From: an uncultured virus (IMG/VR IMGVR_UViG_3300022689_000310)
Taxonomy: Duplodnaviria; Heunggongvirae; Uroviricota; Caudoviricetes
Strand: one strand, 5' to 3'
DNA length: 55,403 nucleotides
IMG/VR virus record: IMGVR_UViG_3300022689_000310
The notes under the pieces were generated by a model. It saw nothing but the letters and a program-made list of their open reading frames with translations. It made no database searches and was not told the DNA's origin. This document shows positions 35,050 through 46,270 of the stretch, in pieces (the first letter of the stretch is position 1; the number at the start of each line of letters is the position of its first letter). Made by a program: the position numbers and the translations under genes.

Positions 35050-35707
35050 TTGTCAAATATATATATATATATATATATAGAATAAAGAATATTAGTAATT
35101 ATATAATTTAAATTAGGTTTTGTAAGTAGACAATTTAGATAATCTCAAAGAATAGTTTATATTGAAGAAAAGTTCAAGAGAGATCTAGATTGAGAGACCG
35201 CTTTAGAAGAAGGTCCAAACTTAGCAGTAAGAGTAATTAAATTTGTTATATCATCAAATAATGAATTAAAATCTTGATTTGGAGAGAGATAAAAAGTAGT
35301 AGAATAGGAAGAGGAATCTTGATTGATAGATGAATAAAAAGTAGTATCAGAAGAGATGTTTAAATCATTAGAAGGATATAAATCAAATGTAACTTTAATT
35401 TGTCTTACTTGAAAGGAATGATTATTTAAAGTCTCTTTGAAATTAGGACGATTCATTTCAACAGAGATAGAAGCCATAGCACCTTTGTAAAAAACTTTAG
35501 TTACAAAGTTTAATGATAATCTACTTATATCAGAAGATATAACCTTTTGATTAAAGCCATTATTTAAAAGCCATTCTTTCAAATGATTAATAAAAGTTGT
35601 AATTCCAGTAGAATCAATATAATTATATAACCAATCTTGAAGATCATTTTTTACAGTCAAATTTCATTCCTCCTTATGTAGATAAATTAAAATGATTATT
35701 ATTGTAA

Positions 35708-36133
35708 TTATTTAATATCCATTTCTAATTCTTTAATAGCCCTTTCTAATTCTTCTGAACTCATTTTTTCAGTAGATTCTATTTTCTTTTTATCAAGAGC
35801 ACCTTTAAGAATATTAATATGTCTAAGTTTTTCTTTATTAGACTGATTAATACTAATATCTTGTTCTTTATCAGTAATAATAGCTTTAATAATCTCAAAG
35901 CGTAATTTATTATCTTCTAAATTATTAGAGTGTTTTTTATTTGATAAAAGGCTATCTCCTTGTTCTTCTTCAATTAGTTTCCTAATATCACGTCCTAATT
36001 GATCTAAAGAGTCAAGACTTAAATCCCATAAATCATAAATATTAAGTCTACCAGAAATCTCAGGACTAAAAAAAGTTAATTTATTTTTAGTTGCTAATAA
36101 GAAAATGCTTTTACTATCTTTAGTATCAATCAT
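35708..36133 (-). CDS. Conserved phage coiled-coil protein
   Basis: ATKNKLTF...GRLNIYDLWDLS...LRFEIIK pattern, recalled from large phages. Confidence 0.6.
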   Translation of the reverse strand: MIDTKDSKSIFLLATKNKLTFFSPEISGRLNIYDLWDLSLDSLDQLGRDIRKLIEEEQGDSLLSNKKHSNNLEDNKLRFEIIKAIITDKEQDISINQSNKEKLRHINILKGALDKKKIESTEKMSSEELERAIKELEMDIK

Positions 36134-36144
36134 ATAATATGTCC

Positions 36145-38151
36145 TTAAAATTTAACTTTTACTACATGTTTATCATCAAGTCTACAGATTAATGTTTTAT
36201 TTGCGGTACTATTAAAACCCAAACCATTTAATTGACTACCATTATCTTCTACTTGAAGTTTAGAACTTAGAGATTCTAATACTCTCTTTCTACCATCTAA
36301 TATCTCTCTATTAAGAAAGTTATTAAAGAAAGGTTTAGTATTATCATTATTATTCTTACAACCTTTTACTATAAAGAATATATGTTTATCAGGATGATTA
36401 TTATCTTTCCAAGTATTAGGAGAAGGAAAAATCATTTTAATAGGATAGAATTTATAAGTTTCTAATCCCCAGAATTCTTCACTCTTAAGACTCTTATTAC
36501 CTTTAGAAGATTCATTTATAGAACTTACAATTCTGATACCTTTATCTCTATCATAAATAAACTTTACAACTTCAACTGTTTCTTTATTTCTCAAACGATT
36601 ATTATAATTATATTTATATATATCCCCTTTACACTCTACTTCTACAACGAACCCATATTCATTTTTAGTTCTATCAGTAAAATTATTAACTAATACTATA
36701 TATACTCCTTCTTGAGCCTTATGAGAATAAGGGAATACGATATTTTCAACAGCATCTAGACTAGCTGTATTTACATTTACATTCATATCTACATCTTGAT
36801 TAGCTCCAGTATATCTATCAAACATTTTCTGATAGTAAATTTTAGTACCATTTGGTTGAATTACATGAAGGTCATAATCACTCAAATTATTCTTCCAATT
36901 TAATCTAATTAGTATTTCACCTTCAATCTTACCTCCTTGTTTAAGTACTTTTTCTCTTATATCAGCATCACTTAATCCTTCTTTATAAGACCAAGATATA
37001 TTATTATTCCAATAAAATAATGATTTAGAATCTTTATATTTAGGAGCTATAAGACTCACTAAATTACTTTCTAATTCAGGTAATATTAGTACCTCTAATT
37101 TATTAGTACTTTTTAGATACATATTAATAAAAGTATCTATATTTACATCAGGAGTATTTTCATACTTTTTTGGATTAATAAGAATATCATTTTGTAATTG
37201 ATCGAATACATTTGAATTATTTATATTTGAGATAGAACTATCTTTATAGTAAATTTCTTCTAAAGGAATATCTTCATCATTAGCATATGTACGGTATATA
37301 GAATTCTCATATCCCAAGTCTTCTAGAGTATTTTTCAATTCATCCAATTGACTTTGAGTAAAGATTTTAAGAGGTCTATTATAGTTATAAGGATCAACAG
37401 CTTTTAAATACTTTCTAAGACTTATTTCAGTATCTCTTTTTTCTTGTATATCTTTTATCAAGATACCTACAGATGTATTCATAATTCTACATATATAGGG
37501 ATTCTTAATAGCTTTTTTCCAACAGTAAAGATCTTTTTTATTACTTTCTAAAGAAGAGTATTTATCATAAACTTCAATAAAAACTTTTAATAGAGAAATA
37601 TAAGTATCCTTTTTATGTAAGTTATTTTCTTCTAAAAGATTAATAGTATCTTGAATAATATTTTTATTTACTTCTTTAAGAGTCCTTTTTAATACATTAA
37701 ATCTATCAATCATTTCACTCTTTTTAGCATTAGCATTTAAAGAGCTATAAACTAAGGATTCATTTATATGACAATGAAGATGATAAAATCCTCCAGAGAA
37801 ATCTTTACTATATTTACTTTGTGTCGCAATAAATATATTCTTAATATTACAATTTTTAACGTATTTATTTAGTTCTAAAATAGGTTGAGAGTAAATATTA
37901 TCTAATAAAGAAATATCAATATCCCATATACTTTCTAGTTCTAAATTATCATTAATATAAACAAGACCACCTATGGATTTAATAAAACTTTTACAGGTAT
38001 TACAATTATGAACTTGTTTATGTATTACCTCAAAGTTATTTATATACTTTTCCCATAATTCATCTTTATTTATATCTACATAAAATAAATCTCCTTTTGT
38101 ATATAAATAATCAATCCTTTCTTTTACCGCATATGCTAAATCTTTAAACAA
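36145..38151 (-). CDS. Large phage protein with YfaP/DUF2135-like domain
   Basis: HNCNTCKSF; L.W...DYDLHVIQP...DVDMN...AVENI...G.Y.V.VNNF. Confidence 0.65.
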   Translation of the reverse strand: MFKDLAYAVKERIDYLYTKGDLFYVDINKDELWEKYINNFEVIHKQVHNCNTCKSFIKSIGGLVYINDNLELESIWDIDISLLDNIYSQPILELNKYVKNCNIKNIFIATQSKYSKDFSGGFYHLHCHINESLVYSSLNANAKKSEMIDRFNVLKRTLKEVNKNIIQDTINLLEENNLHKKDTYISLLKVFIEVYDKYSSLESNKKDLYCWKKAIKNPYICRIMNTSVGILIKDIQEKRDTEISLRKYLKAVDPYNYNRPLKIFTQSQLDELKNTLEDLGYENSIYRTYANDEDIPLEEIYYKDSSISNINNSNVFDQLQNDILINPKKYENTPDVNIDTFINMYLKSTNKLEVLILPELESNLVSLIAPKYKDSKSLFYWNNNISWSYKEGLSDADIREKVLKQGGKIEGEILIRLNWKNNLSDYDLHVIQPNGTKIYYQKMFDRYTGANQDVDMNVNVNTASLDAVENIVFPYSHKAQEGVYIVLVNNFTDRTKNEYGFVVEVECKGDIYKYNYNNRLRNKETVEVVKFIYDRDKGIRIVSSINESSKGNKSLKSEEFWGLETYKFYPIKMIFPSPNTWKDNNHPDKHIFFIVKGCKNNNDNTKPFFNNFLNREILDGRKRVLESLSSKLQVEDNGSQLNGLGFNSTANKTLICRLDDKHVVKVKF

Positions 38152-38584
38152 TGTGATACCCCTTTTTCTTTGTTTATCTAAAATAAATACTAATACCTAA
38201 TAGTATGGTCATACAACAGAAAGCCATATAAGTAATAATATTACAAGTTCTTTTATAATGAAAATATATCATCCAGAATTCTTTTAATTCTTTATCATAA
38301 TTATTTATATAATCAAGTTTTAATGGTCTAATCATATAATTTTCATTATCTATAAGACCGACTGCTTGCTTTTCTTTAACTATTCTATTTAATAATCTGA
38401 TAGAAGCTTTAATTATATCCTTACGCTTAAGAATAGTATTTTTATTAATAGAATCAAGTATTTCTAAATCTTCTATATCTAAATCAATTCTATATGTAAA
38501 ATCATCATTCATTGATTTCCCCCTTTCCTAACATATACATTTCAATTTATATTATCTTAAAGATAACTTAAAATAATAATTTCA

Positions 38585-39157
38585 TTAATCATCTTTAACA
38601 AACTCTCCATTTACTACTCTATTAGATATTCTTTGAATTTTGGTCTCTGAGATTTCATACCTAGGATCTATAAATATAGTTTCAAGTCCTTTCTTTTTAC
38701 TATATTTTAGTTGTTTATAAGTACCTCCATTAGAAATAGTAGGAATATAACAACCTAAACATAAACTTGCATTATCAGCCATCCATTCATTTCTTATAAA
38801 AAGTTTTCTTACTGAATATCCCCCACTATTTATTATTTTTATTTCACTTCCTTTAATATTTTCTACCTGTTTTATTATCTTCTTAAATATCTCTTTATTC
38901 TTATCACTCCATCTTTCATGATGTTCTTCAAAAGGAATAGCACATATAAGATATAAATCTTCACCTTCATTAATTAGATTTAATATATACTCAGCTGCCC
39001 ATAGATCAACTCCTAAAGCCATTCCAGATATAAATCTTCTATACCCTTTCTTTAAAGCGTACTCAGTTAATATCTGTATACCTTTATTTACATTATTCTC
39101 TAGACCGTATAAATATTTCTCTCTATGTCCAGTAAAATGGGCTGTATATCTTTTCAT
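38585..39157 (-). CDS. YspA/DUF1273 SLOG family protein
   Basis: FTGHR, FISGMALGVDLWAAE, IPF, RNEWM, GGT. Confidence 0.85.
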   Translation of the reverse strand: MKRYTAHFTGHREKYLYGLENNVNKGIQILTEYALKKGYRRFISGMALGVDLWAAEYILNLINEGEDLYLICAIPFEEHHERWSDKNKEIFKKIIKQVENIKGSEIKIINSGGYSVRKLFIRNEWMADNASLCLGCYIPTISNGGTYKQLKYSKKKGLETIFIDPRYEISETKIQRISNRVVNGEFVKDD

Positions 39158-39570
39158 TTAATTATTTATTATCTGTAATTTTATTCTTTACTCCTCAAAG
39201 TCTCTTTATTATTACTTATTTTTTTAATAACTTCATGACAATTTTCTTTTTAAATACTATAGATTTCTTTTAATCTCACTACATTCTTTCCTTCTATCAG
39301 CTTGCAATATTTATCCACTGAACTTGAATCATTATCTCCTAAATATATACAATATGTATATATATTTTTATCTATTTTTACTAATTCTATTTTTATTTCC
39401 TTATTTTCATCTAATATCTCTTTTATCTCTGTATATATATTTTTCCATATGTTTATATATATATATTTCTATATAATTATTATTATATTGATTTATTATT
39501 TCTAATAGAATTTCCTTATTTAATTTCATATCATCGGCTTAATTAATTAAAGTAGATTAGAGATAAACTT

Positions 39571-40194
39571 TTATAAATCTAATAATGGGTAATAGATTGT
39601 TTCATTTAGATAATAACTATGAAATATACTTAATGGTTCTTCACCAATAATACAATTTTGTATTAATTCTTTTATAATCCAATTTAATATAATTCTTCTA
39701 TCTTTACTTCCAACTATATATACATAACCATTCAATATACTATCTATCATTTCTATTAAAATACTTTTTCTTTTTTCTTTAGAATTGATATTTAATATTA
39801 GATCTATATATTCAATATATAACCATAAAGATTCAGTAATTGTTTGAAGATTTATTATTACCCTATCTTTATATTTAAATTTATTACTTTTTATATATTC
39901 TTTATGATATTTTAATATGTCAGAGTTATAAACTGTTAAAGGAGTTTTTATTATATTTCTAAAGATAAAATCATCTATATACTGTTCAATAATAGGTATA
40001 TTATTTATACAAATATATTTAGCTATATTAATAAATATATCTTCTATATTATCTAGATATACTTCTTCTATTTTATTTAATAAATTTATAATATCTACTT
40101 CTAAATCTCGTTCTTTATTTTCATCTTCATATAATTCTTCATATTTATTATTTAAGATATTTAATTCATCTATAAATCTGTTTATATGTTCCAT
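39571..40194 (-). CDS. Hypothetical helical protein, paralogue of 23716..24351
   Basis: Shared C-terminal motif. Confidence 0.55.
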   Translation of the reverse strand: MEHINRFIDELNILNNKYEELYEDENKERDLEVDIINLLNKIEEVYLDNIEDIFINIAKYICINNIPIIEQYIDDFIFRNIIKTPLTVYNSDILKYHKEYIKSNKFKYKDRVIINLQTITESLWLYIEYIDLILNINSKEKRKSILIEMIDSILNGYVYIVGSKDRRIILNWIIKELIQNCIIGEEPLSIFHSYYLNETIYYPLLDL

Positions 40195-40272
40195 TTTCTA
40201 ATTCCTAATTAAATCTAAAGGTGAATGGGTAATAAAACGGTCTATAAAACCGTTTTAATAATGATAAAATAT

Positions 40273-41298
40273 TTAATGTTTAAGTAAATATTTATTACTT
40301 ATAACTTTAAAACTAGTTTGATTATCATAAGTTCTAATGACTAAACCTTCTCTATTAGTTAAAGGATTCAGTATAGAAGAACCTTCAGCTAATAATAATA
40401 GCTCCTCAATAGTATCAGGAAGTTTATAGTTCTCTTCTATAATAGGTACTATATTAAGTCCCATAGAAAAGATTACTCTTTCTAATACTTTTTTATCTAA
40501 TTTCTTAGAAGTACTTATATCAAATAAGGTAAAGAAATAAATATCATTAGTATGTAATGCATATTTATTTTTATTAATACCTTCTCCTAGAAGTTCTCCT
40601 TGTATAGCGATATTATCTAGAGGTAAATTTTTCAGTTTAGATATAATATCTAAACTTTTTACAGTATCCCAATATCTATCTCTATCATTTTCTAAAAGTT
40701 CTATATTTCTAGAACAGACTCCTATTTTCCCTTCAAATTTATAAATAGTTATAGAAGAGCCATCTAACTTTTCAGTTAAATAATAACTTTTAGTTTTTAA
40801 CTCTTCATAACAGGAATATAAATTTTGTATTCTCTCTTCATCTGTTTTCTCTATATAACTTGGTATAGAACCTTTAGCTCTACTATACATTTCTTTAGGT
40901 AATGGACGTTCATATTTCCTAATACCAAGTATATCTGTTAAGTCAAAACCCTCTACCAATTTAATGTCTTTTAATTCATCAAATAAAGAAGGATTGAGTA
41001 GTAAGCCTTGTGACACTTGACCTCTTAATTTTTTAGTTTTGAGTAAATATCCTTTATAAATTTCTTTTGAGTCAGTACTATCAGAAGATTCTTTAATAGA
41101 ACTCTTATTTAAGAATTCGAATTCTGGTCTTAGAGGTAAAAGAGAGTCTATTTCAAAATAGACTCCTATATCTCCAACTTTAAATTCACCCCTTTTTACA
41201 ACTACATTCCACCCATCAATTGAAGCTAATTCAATAAGATCAGCTCCATCAATAGATTTAATATCTATTACTTTTCTAAAGCTAGCTAGCTTTCTCAT
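40273..41298 (-). CDS. RNA ligase, DRB0094 family
   Basis: RKLAS, GADLIE, YFEIDS, LRGQVSQG, KTDEERIQN, TEKLDGSS, QGEL, REGLV, SFKVISN. Confidence 0.92.
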   Translation of the reverse strand: MRKLASFRKVIDIKSIDGADLIELASIDGWNVVVKRGEFKVGDIGVYFEIDSLLPLRPEFEFLNKSSIKESSDSTDSKEIYKGYLLKTKKLRGQVSQGLLLNPSLFDELKDIKLVEGFDLTDILGIRKYERPLPKEMYSRAKGSIPSYIEKTDEERIQNLYSCYEELKTKSYYLTEKLDGSSITIYKFEGKIGVCSRNIELLENDRDRYWDTVKSLDIISKLKNLPLDNIAIQGELLGEGINKNKYALHTNDIYFFTLFDISTSKKLDKKVLERVIFSMGLNIVPIIEENYKLPDTIEELLLLAEGSSILNPLTNREGLVIRTYDNQTSFKVISNKYLLKH

Positions 41299-43049
41299 TA
41301 TTTATCTCCTTTTTTGTTAAAAATATTTATCTTTTTAGGAGTCTTAAGAGCTTGAAGATTAGGAATATGATCTTCTAAAAAGGCAATATGTTTACTCTTA
41401 ATACCAATACAATAAGCAGCATTTATATCTGCATTAATACAAAGTTTAGTCCCATTAGGATCATAATACACCTTCCCTTCTTTAGAGGTATTAATGTACG
41501 TTACATATAGACCTCTATATTTTCTATTTCCAAGAGGATTAAAATCTACTTTACTTTTTTTCTCTTTATTTTGTTTATCAGAAGAATTGTCCTCTTCGTA
41601 ATCTTCAGGATTATAAACAGGAATATCTCTATTCAGGAAACAAGATTTACTAGTATAAGATTCTTCTTGTAGTATTAATTTAATACCATATCTTTTACAA
41701 TAATAAGCTAATTTGGACTTAAAATTATTAAAAGGAATCATAACAAAGTTCTGATTATTCTTTTTACTTAAATTAATATTTGTTTTCTGTTTTTTATTAT
41801 GACCTATAATAATAGTACCAATATCTTTTTCAATACAATAAGAAATTACTTCTAAACAAGCTTTATACATATAATCTCTTAACTTACAACTTCGACTATA
41901 ACTAATATTTACTTGTTCATCAGTAAACTTTCTTCTACGTCTTTTTATATTAGAAAATTCTTTTGTTTCTGTATTATCTTCATTATGTGTTTTCATACCT
42001 TTACTGATTAACTCTTCATTCAGCTTTTTATCTTCTTGAGATTGAATAGCCGCCATCTTTTTATTATAAAAATGATTAGTAGATTTCATGCATTTTCCGT
42101 TTATAATAAAAGAAGAGTCTTTCTGACCATCAGTAAATGCTGCATAAGCTGATACGAAGTTATTTACTCCTAAATCAATACTTAATGCGTTATTTTCATT
42201 TAATCCTTTTGCTTCAATTTCATGAGCAGTAACAAAGTGTACTTTTATTACTCTCCCATTATAAGCAGGTTCGATTCTAATTAGTTTTAGTACCGTCCCT
42301 TCTTTCATTAATCTTTCTGGAAAAGGAATCTTGCAATAATTATTAGTACCCCTTCTCTTAGGAATTTTAATATAATATTTACCTCTCCCTATTTGGCCTT
42401 CTTTATATTCTTTTACCGATTTTAAGATATTAGTAGGGTCACCTATCCTAAAACAAATTTCGTTATAACCTTTTCTGGGTTTTCCTTCTTCCTCCTTTTG
42501 TCCCTTGTAATAAGGTAGTTTAACCGGTTCTTTATACTTCCCACTTAATTTCTTATTAAGTAAGGCTATATAAGATTTATAAGAGCTAAATGCTTGTTTT
42601 AATACATTATTTGAAATCACTGAAGGTAAACAAATAAAGTTTTCATCCTTTTTTACAGTGTTATAAAGTTCCTTTTCATCTATATAATTAGGAAAATTAC
42701 CTTCCTCCCTTTTTCTTTTTATGATCTCTTTTAATTCTTTATGTTCAATATCTCTTCCTAATTCTTCTTTTAATTGTTCTTTTACTTCATCTGTTAGCTT
42801 CTTTATTTCATAATCTCTTTGTCTAATAATATATAAACATCTATTAAATAGTGCACAAGATTTTCTAAATAGATCAAATAAATAATTTATTTCTTCTTGT
42901 TCTAAATATTTTAAGTCCAATGTATTTGTTTGAGTTCTATATTGAATCTCTTTAAGCTCCTTATTAGGCTCTTTACTTTCTTTTTTATCAATACTTATCT
43001 TTTGTTCACTTAATTCTACTACTTCATTATATTCATCTTCTGATTTCAT
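41298..43049 (-). CDS. tnpB: TnpB-like RuvC nuclease without adjacent transposase
   Basis: SIDLGVNN (RuvC-I), QEESYTSK (RuvC-II), RGLY, INADINAA (RuvC-III); catalytic D/E/D present. Confidence 0.9.
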   Translation of the reverse strand: MKSEDEYNEVVELSEQKISIDKKESKEPNKELKEIQYRTQTNTLDLKYLEQEEINYLFDLFRKSCALFNRCLYIIRQRDYEIKKLTDEVKEQLKEELGRDIEHKELKEIIKRKREEGNFPNYIDEKELYNTVKKDENFICLPSVISNNVLKQAFSSYKSYIALLNKKLSGKYKEPVKLPYYKGQKEEEGKPRKGYNEICFRIGDPTNILKSVKEYKEGQIGRGKYYIKIPKRRGTNNYCKIPFPERLMKEGTVLKLIRIEPAYNGRVIKVHFVTAHEIEAKGLNENNALSIDLGVNNFVSAYAAFTDGQKDSSFIINGKCMKSTNHFYNKKMAAIQSQEDKKLNEELISKGMKTHNEDNTETKEFSNIKRRRRKFTDEQVNISYSRSCKLRDYMYKACLEVISYCIEKDIGTIIIGHNKKQKTNINLSKKNNQNFVMIPFNNFKSKLAYYCKRYGIKLILQEESYTSKSCFLNRDIPVYNPEDYEEDNSSDKQNKEKKSKVDFNPLGNRKYRGLYVTYINTSKEGKVYYDPNGTKLCINADINAAYCIGIKSKHIAFLEDHIPNLQALKTPKKINIFNKKGDK

Positions 43050-43082
43050 TTTTCCTTCCTCCTATCCTTTTACAATATATAT

Positions 43083-43321
43083 ATTATTCAGTTGACTATA
43101 TCTATCTAGTCTTCTGATTACTTTTAACCTTACAAAGAAATTTCTTTAATAAGGACACTTATTATTCAGTTGACTAAGACATATAGTTTTCTAATTACCT
43201 TTTTATGAGAAAATTAGTTGATTCCTTTAGTAAGAATACTTACTATTCAGTTGCCTAGATCTATTTAGTCTTCTGATTACTTTATTATGAACTAGTTCTC
43301 ATAAGCCTCGCTTCGCTCGGC
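43083..43321 (-). repeat. Three ~44-bp imperfect-hairpin repeats (period 78/81) plus a GCGAAGC element, upstream of tnpB
   Basis: TATTCAGTTGACTA..TAGTCTTCTGATTAC variants with the CAGTTG core at 43089, 43167, 43248; GCCTCGCTTCGCTCGGC at 43305. Confidence 0.85.
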
Positions 43322-43383
43322 ACTATACGGATATCTAATTAAATAAATCCTTATACATTATAGACTCAATAAATCCTTATATA

Positions 43384-43701
43384 TCAAAGACCAGTATCTT
43401 GTACCCCTGCTAAATTTAGTACTCTATCTTTTCCATTATTTGAAAGGGTAGTAAAATATATTCTTGCATTTATTACATACGAACATATAAAGTCTTCATT
43501 CTCCTCATATCTAAAGTTCCCATTTTTATCTATTAATACTACATAACCTTCTTCCTCTTTACAAGGATAAAATTGTCCATTAATACTAATTACTCCTAAT
43601 TGATTATAAGCTTGAGCTTTTAGAAATATATTTAATAATGTATATATAATAATAGTTAAACTTAAAGTTAAATTTAATTTTTGTTTATAAGTTAGTTTCA
43701 T
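43384..43701 (-). CDS. Small membrane-anchored two-Cys protein (paralogue family)
   Basis: TM segment then YPC..EGYVVLID..FIC..TLSN. Confidence 0.55.
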   Translation of the reverse strand: MKLTYKQKLNLTLSLTIIIYTLLNIFLKAQAYNQLGVISINGQFYPCKEEEGYVVLIDKNGNFRYEENEDFICSYVINARIYFTTLSNNGKDRVLNLAGVQDTGL

Positions 43702-44076
43702 AAAATTTTCCTCCTAATTTTATCTTTTTATTACTTTTAGAATGAATTAGTTTTCATAAGCCTCTCTCCGCTCGGTACTAATTAATAAACTAGTTTCAGT
43801 TTAAAAAGGGTGTCTATTAGTATTGATACCCTCCAAAGTTAAAATCTCCACTTTCTTTCTCTTTTATAGTGACAACATTTATTACTCAGTTGACTATATT
43901 TATTTGGTCTTCTGATTACTTTTTACATATTCCTAATAATATTGATGAAGTTCATTAGAGTGTTTTTTCACTTAGCATTATAAATAAAAGAGGATATAAA
44001 CTTTATATCCTCTTATCTTTAAAGCATCTCTTCACGTAGTCTGACCTCAACAATCCCTTGAGGGATTATATTTATG

Positions 44077-44979
44077 TCATCCAAAACCTTTATTTTTTTT
44101 ATTAAATAGTTTAGTTTTCTTCTTCTTATTTAAAAGATCGTTTAAAATCAAATATCTCATGTTATAAGACCAATCTGTTAAACCTATCAAAGCTGCAAAT
44201 GAAAATGATAATTTTTTATAATCTAATATATCTCTTTTACTATGATCTGGAAAAGAGTTTTTCATTATACTCACTTTTACCAACTTATCCCATAGTTTTT
44301 TATCATTACATTCTAGTAGATATAAAAATACTTCTTTACTTACTTCTAGATGAAAATTAGTATCAAAATCATTTCTTAGTAATGAGAACTTTGACTCCCA
44401 ATATTTTAGATTATGTCCCTTAAATCTTTCTTTATCTTCAAATACTATTAATATTGTACCTAGACTTGAGTTTAATCCCTTTTGCGTTAATATTTTAACT
44501 TCTTCCTCTATACTAATATTTCTTACTATAGAATTTGTTTTTAGATTCTCTTTTATAAACTTTTTTATCTTATTAGGTAATTCATTTATTAACTTTTTAT
44601 CTTTAAATTCCCAATATATACTATCTACCTTTTTTATTTCTTCTTCAAAATCATAATCATTTCTTGTATAACTAAATATTTCCCATAAATATTCTCTAAA
44701 TAACTCTTTCCTCTGATTTCTTAACTCTTTTACTCCTAATTCTATTAGTTTATTCCCTCCTTTAGAATTTACTCTTAAACGACATTCTTCTGTCTCTTCT
44801 GTTTTCTGAAAATGTCTAAAATGAGACTTTACTTTTTTTCCTTTCCTCTTAAATTCTTTTGTTAAGTAAACTTCTTTTTTGCAATATGGACAGATTAATC
44901 CCCAATCTTTATAAGACTCATAATTACACATATTAGGTGTAATTGTTGTTAGATTATATATCGACCAGCATATATCCAT
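44077..44979 (-). CDS. CoiA-N-like zinc-finger protein (paralogue 3)
   Basis: CNYESYKD.GLICPYCK...HFRHF...EC; full-length similarity to 22783..23688. Confidence 0.6.
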   Translation of the reverse strand: MDICWSIYNLTTITPNMCNYESYKDWGLICPYCKKEVYLTKEFKRKGKKVKSHFRHFQKTEETEECRLRVNSKGGNKLIELGVKELRNQRKELFREYLWEIFSYTRNDYDFEEEIKKVDSIYWEFKDKKLINELPNKIKKFIKENLKTNSIVRNISIEEEVKILTQKGLNSSLGTILIVFEDKERFKGHNLKYWESKFSLLRNDFDTNFHLEVSKEVFLYLLECNDKKLWDKLVKVSIMKNSFPDHSKRDILDYKKLSFSFAALIGLTDWSYNMRYLILNDLLNKKKKTKLFNKKNKGFG

Positions 44980-45059
44980 TTCTTCCCCTCCTCTCTTTTC
45001 TCTTATACTCTATTTATTTTTATATCAATTTCTCGAAGATTTTTCTTTTGGTATGAACA

Positions 45060-46270
45060 CCTTATATTCAGTTAACTAGAATCTATCTAGTCTTCTGATT
45101 ACTTTTTATTAACCAGTTATCATAACCTTTGCTTCGCTCGACATAACGAAGATTCCTAGAATAGGACTATTATTATTTAGTTGACTAAATTAACTATCTT
45201 TAGTCTTCTAATTACTTTTTATGAACTAGTTATCATAAGCCTCGCTTCGCTCGGCACTATAAGGGTATCTGGTTGAATGAATATCTTTATACTTTAGTAC
45301 TATAATATTTCTATACTCTTTTACTAATATATCTTTTTTATGTTCATCTAATTCTTATTATTTTTATTGTTTTATAGCAAGCGAAAGAAGACTCCTAGAA
45401 TAGGATTATTTATTATTTAGTTGACTAAATTAACTATCTTTAGTCTTCTAATTACTTTTTATTAACCAGTTATCATAAGGCTCGCTTCGCTCGGCACTAT
45501 AAGGGTATGTGGTTGAATAAATCTCTTTATACTTTAGTACTGTAATCTTGAGGTACTTTTAATATATCTTCTTTATGTTCATCTAATTCTTATTATTTTT
45601 ATTGTTTTATAACGGACGAACAAAGATTCCTAGAATAGGACTATTATTACTTAGTTGACTAAATTAACTATCTTTAGTTTTCTAATTACTTTTTAATGAA
45701 CTAGTTATCAAGAGCCTCGCTTCGCTCGGCACTACAAGGGTATCCGGTTGAATAAATCTCTCTATACTTTAGTACTAAAATCTTAAGATACTTTCTTACT
45801 AATATATCTTCTTATCTTTATCTAACTCATATTATTACTACATTCAGTTTAATAATCAAATCTCTTTTGCTTCTTCTCTGTCATTGTTTAATAACAACAT
45901 TTATTATTCAGTTGACTAAAATTAGTCTTCTGATTACCTTATAAGGAATTAGTTATCATAAGCCTCGCTTCGCTCGGCACCATAAGGGTATCTGGTTGAA
46001 TTAACCTCTTTATACTTTAGTACTATCTATAATACTTAGATACTGTCTTACTAATATATTTTCTTTATCTTTACCTAATTCAAAGTGAAATAAGACTCCA
46101 AGAATAAGAATAATTATTATTTAGTTGATTAAGTTAATGATCATTAGTTTTCTAATTACTTTTATATTAATTATTAAGATAGATGCGTGCAGATTTAGGT
46201 TCTTTGTTTAATAACAACATTTATCACTCAGTCAACTAAATTTATCTAGTTTTATGATTACTTTTTAATA
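45060..46270. repeat. Tandem ~240-bp structured non-coding repeat block
   Basis: GCCTCGCTTCGCTCGGC cores at 45239, 45479, 45714, 45962 (partial at 45125), each preceded by the AGTTGACT..AGTCTTCT hairpin. Confidence 0.9.

Noticed and set aside
35056..35079. (TA)n tracts here and elsewhere
   Set aside because: Simple low-complexity sequence in an AT-rich genome
41298..43049. Intact IS200/IS605 or IS607 element
   Set aside because: No transposase gene and no recognisable ends; the 3' end abuts the ligase gene
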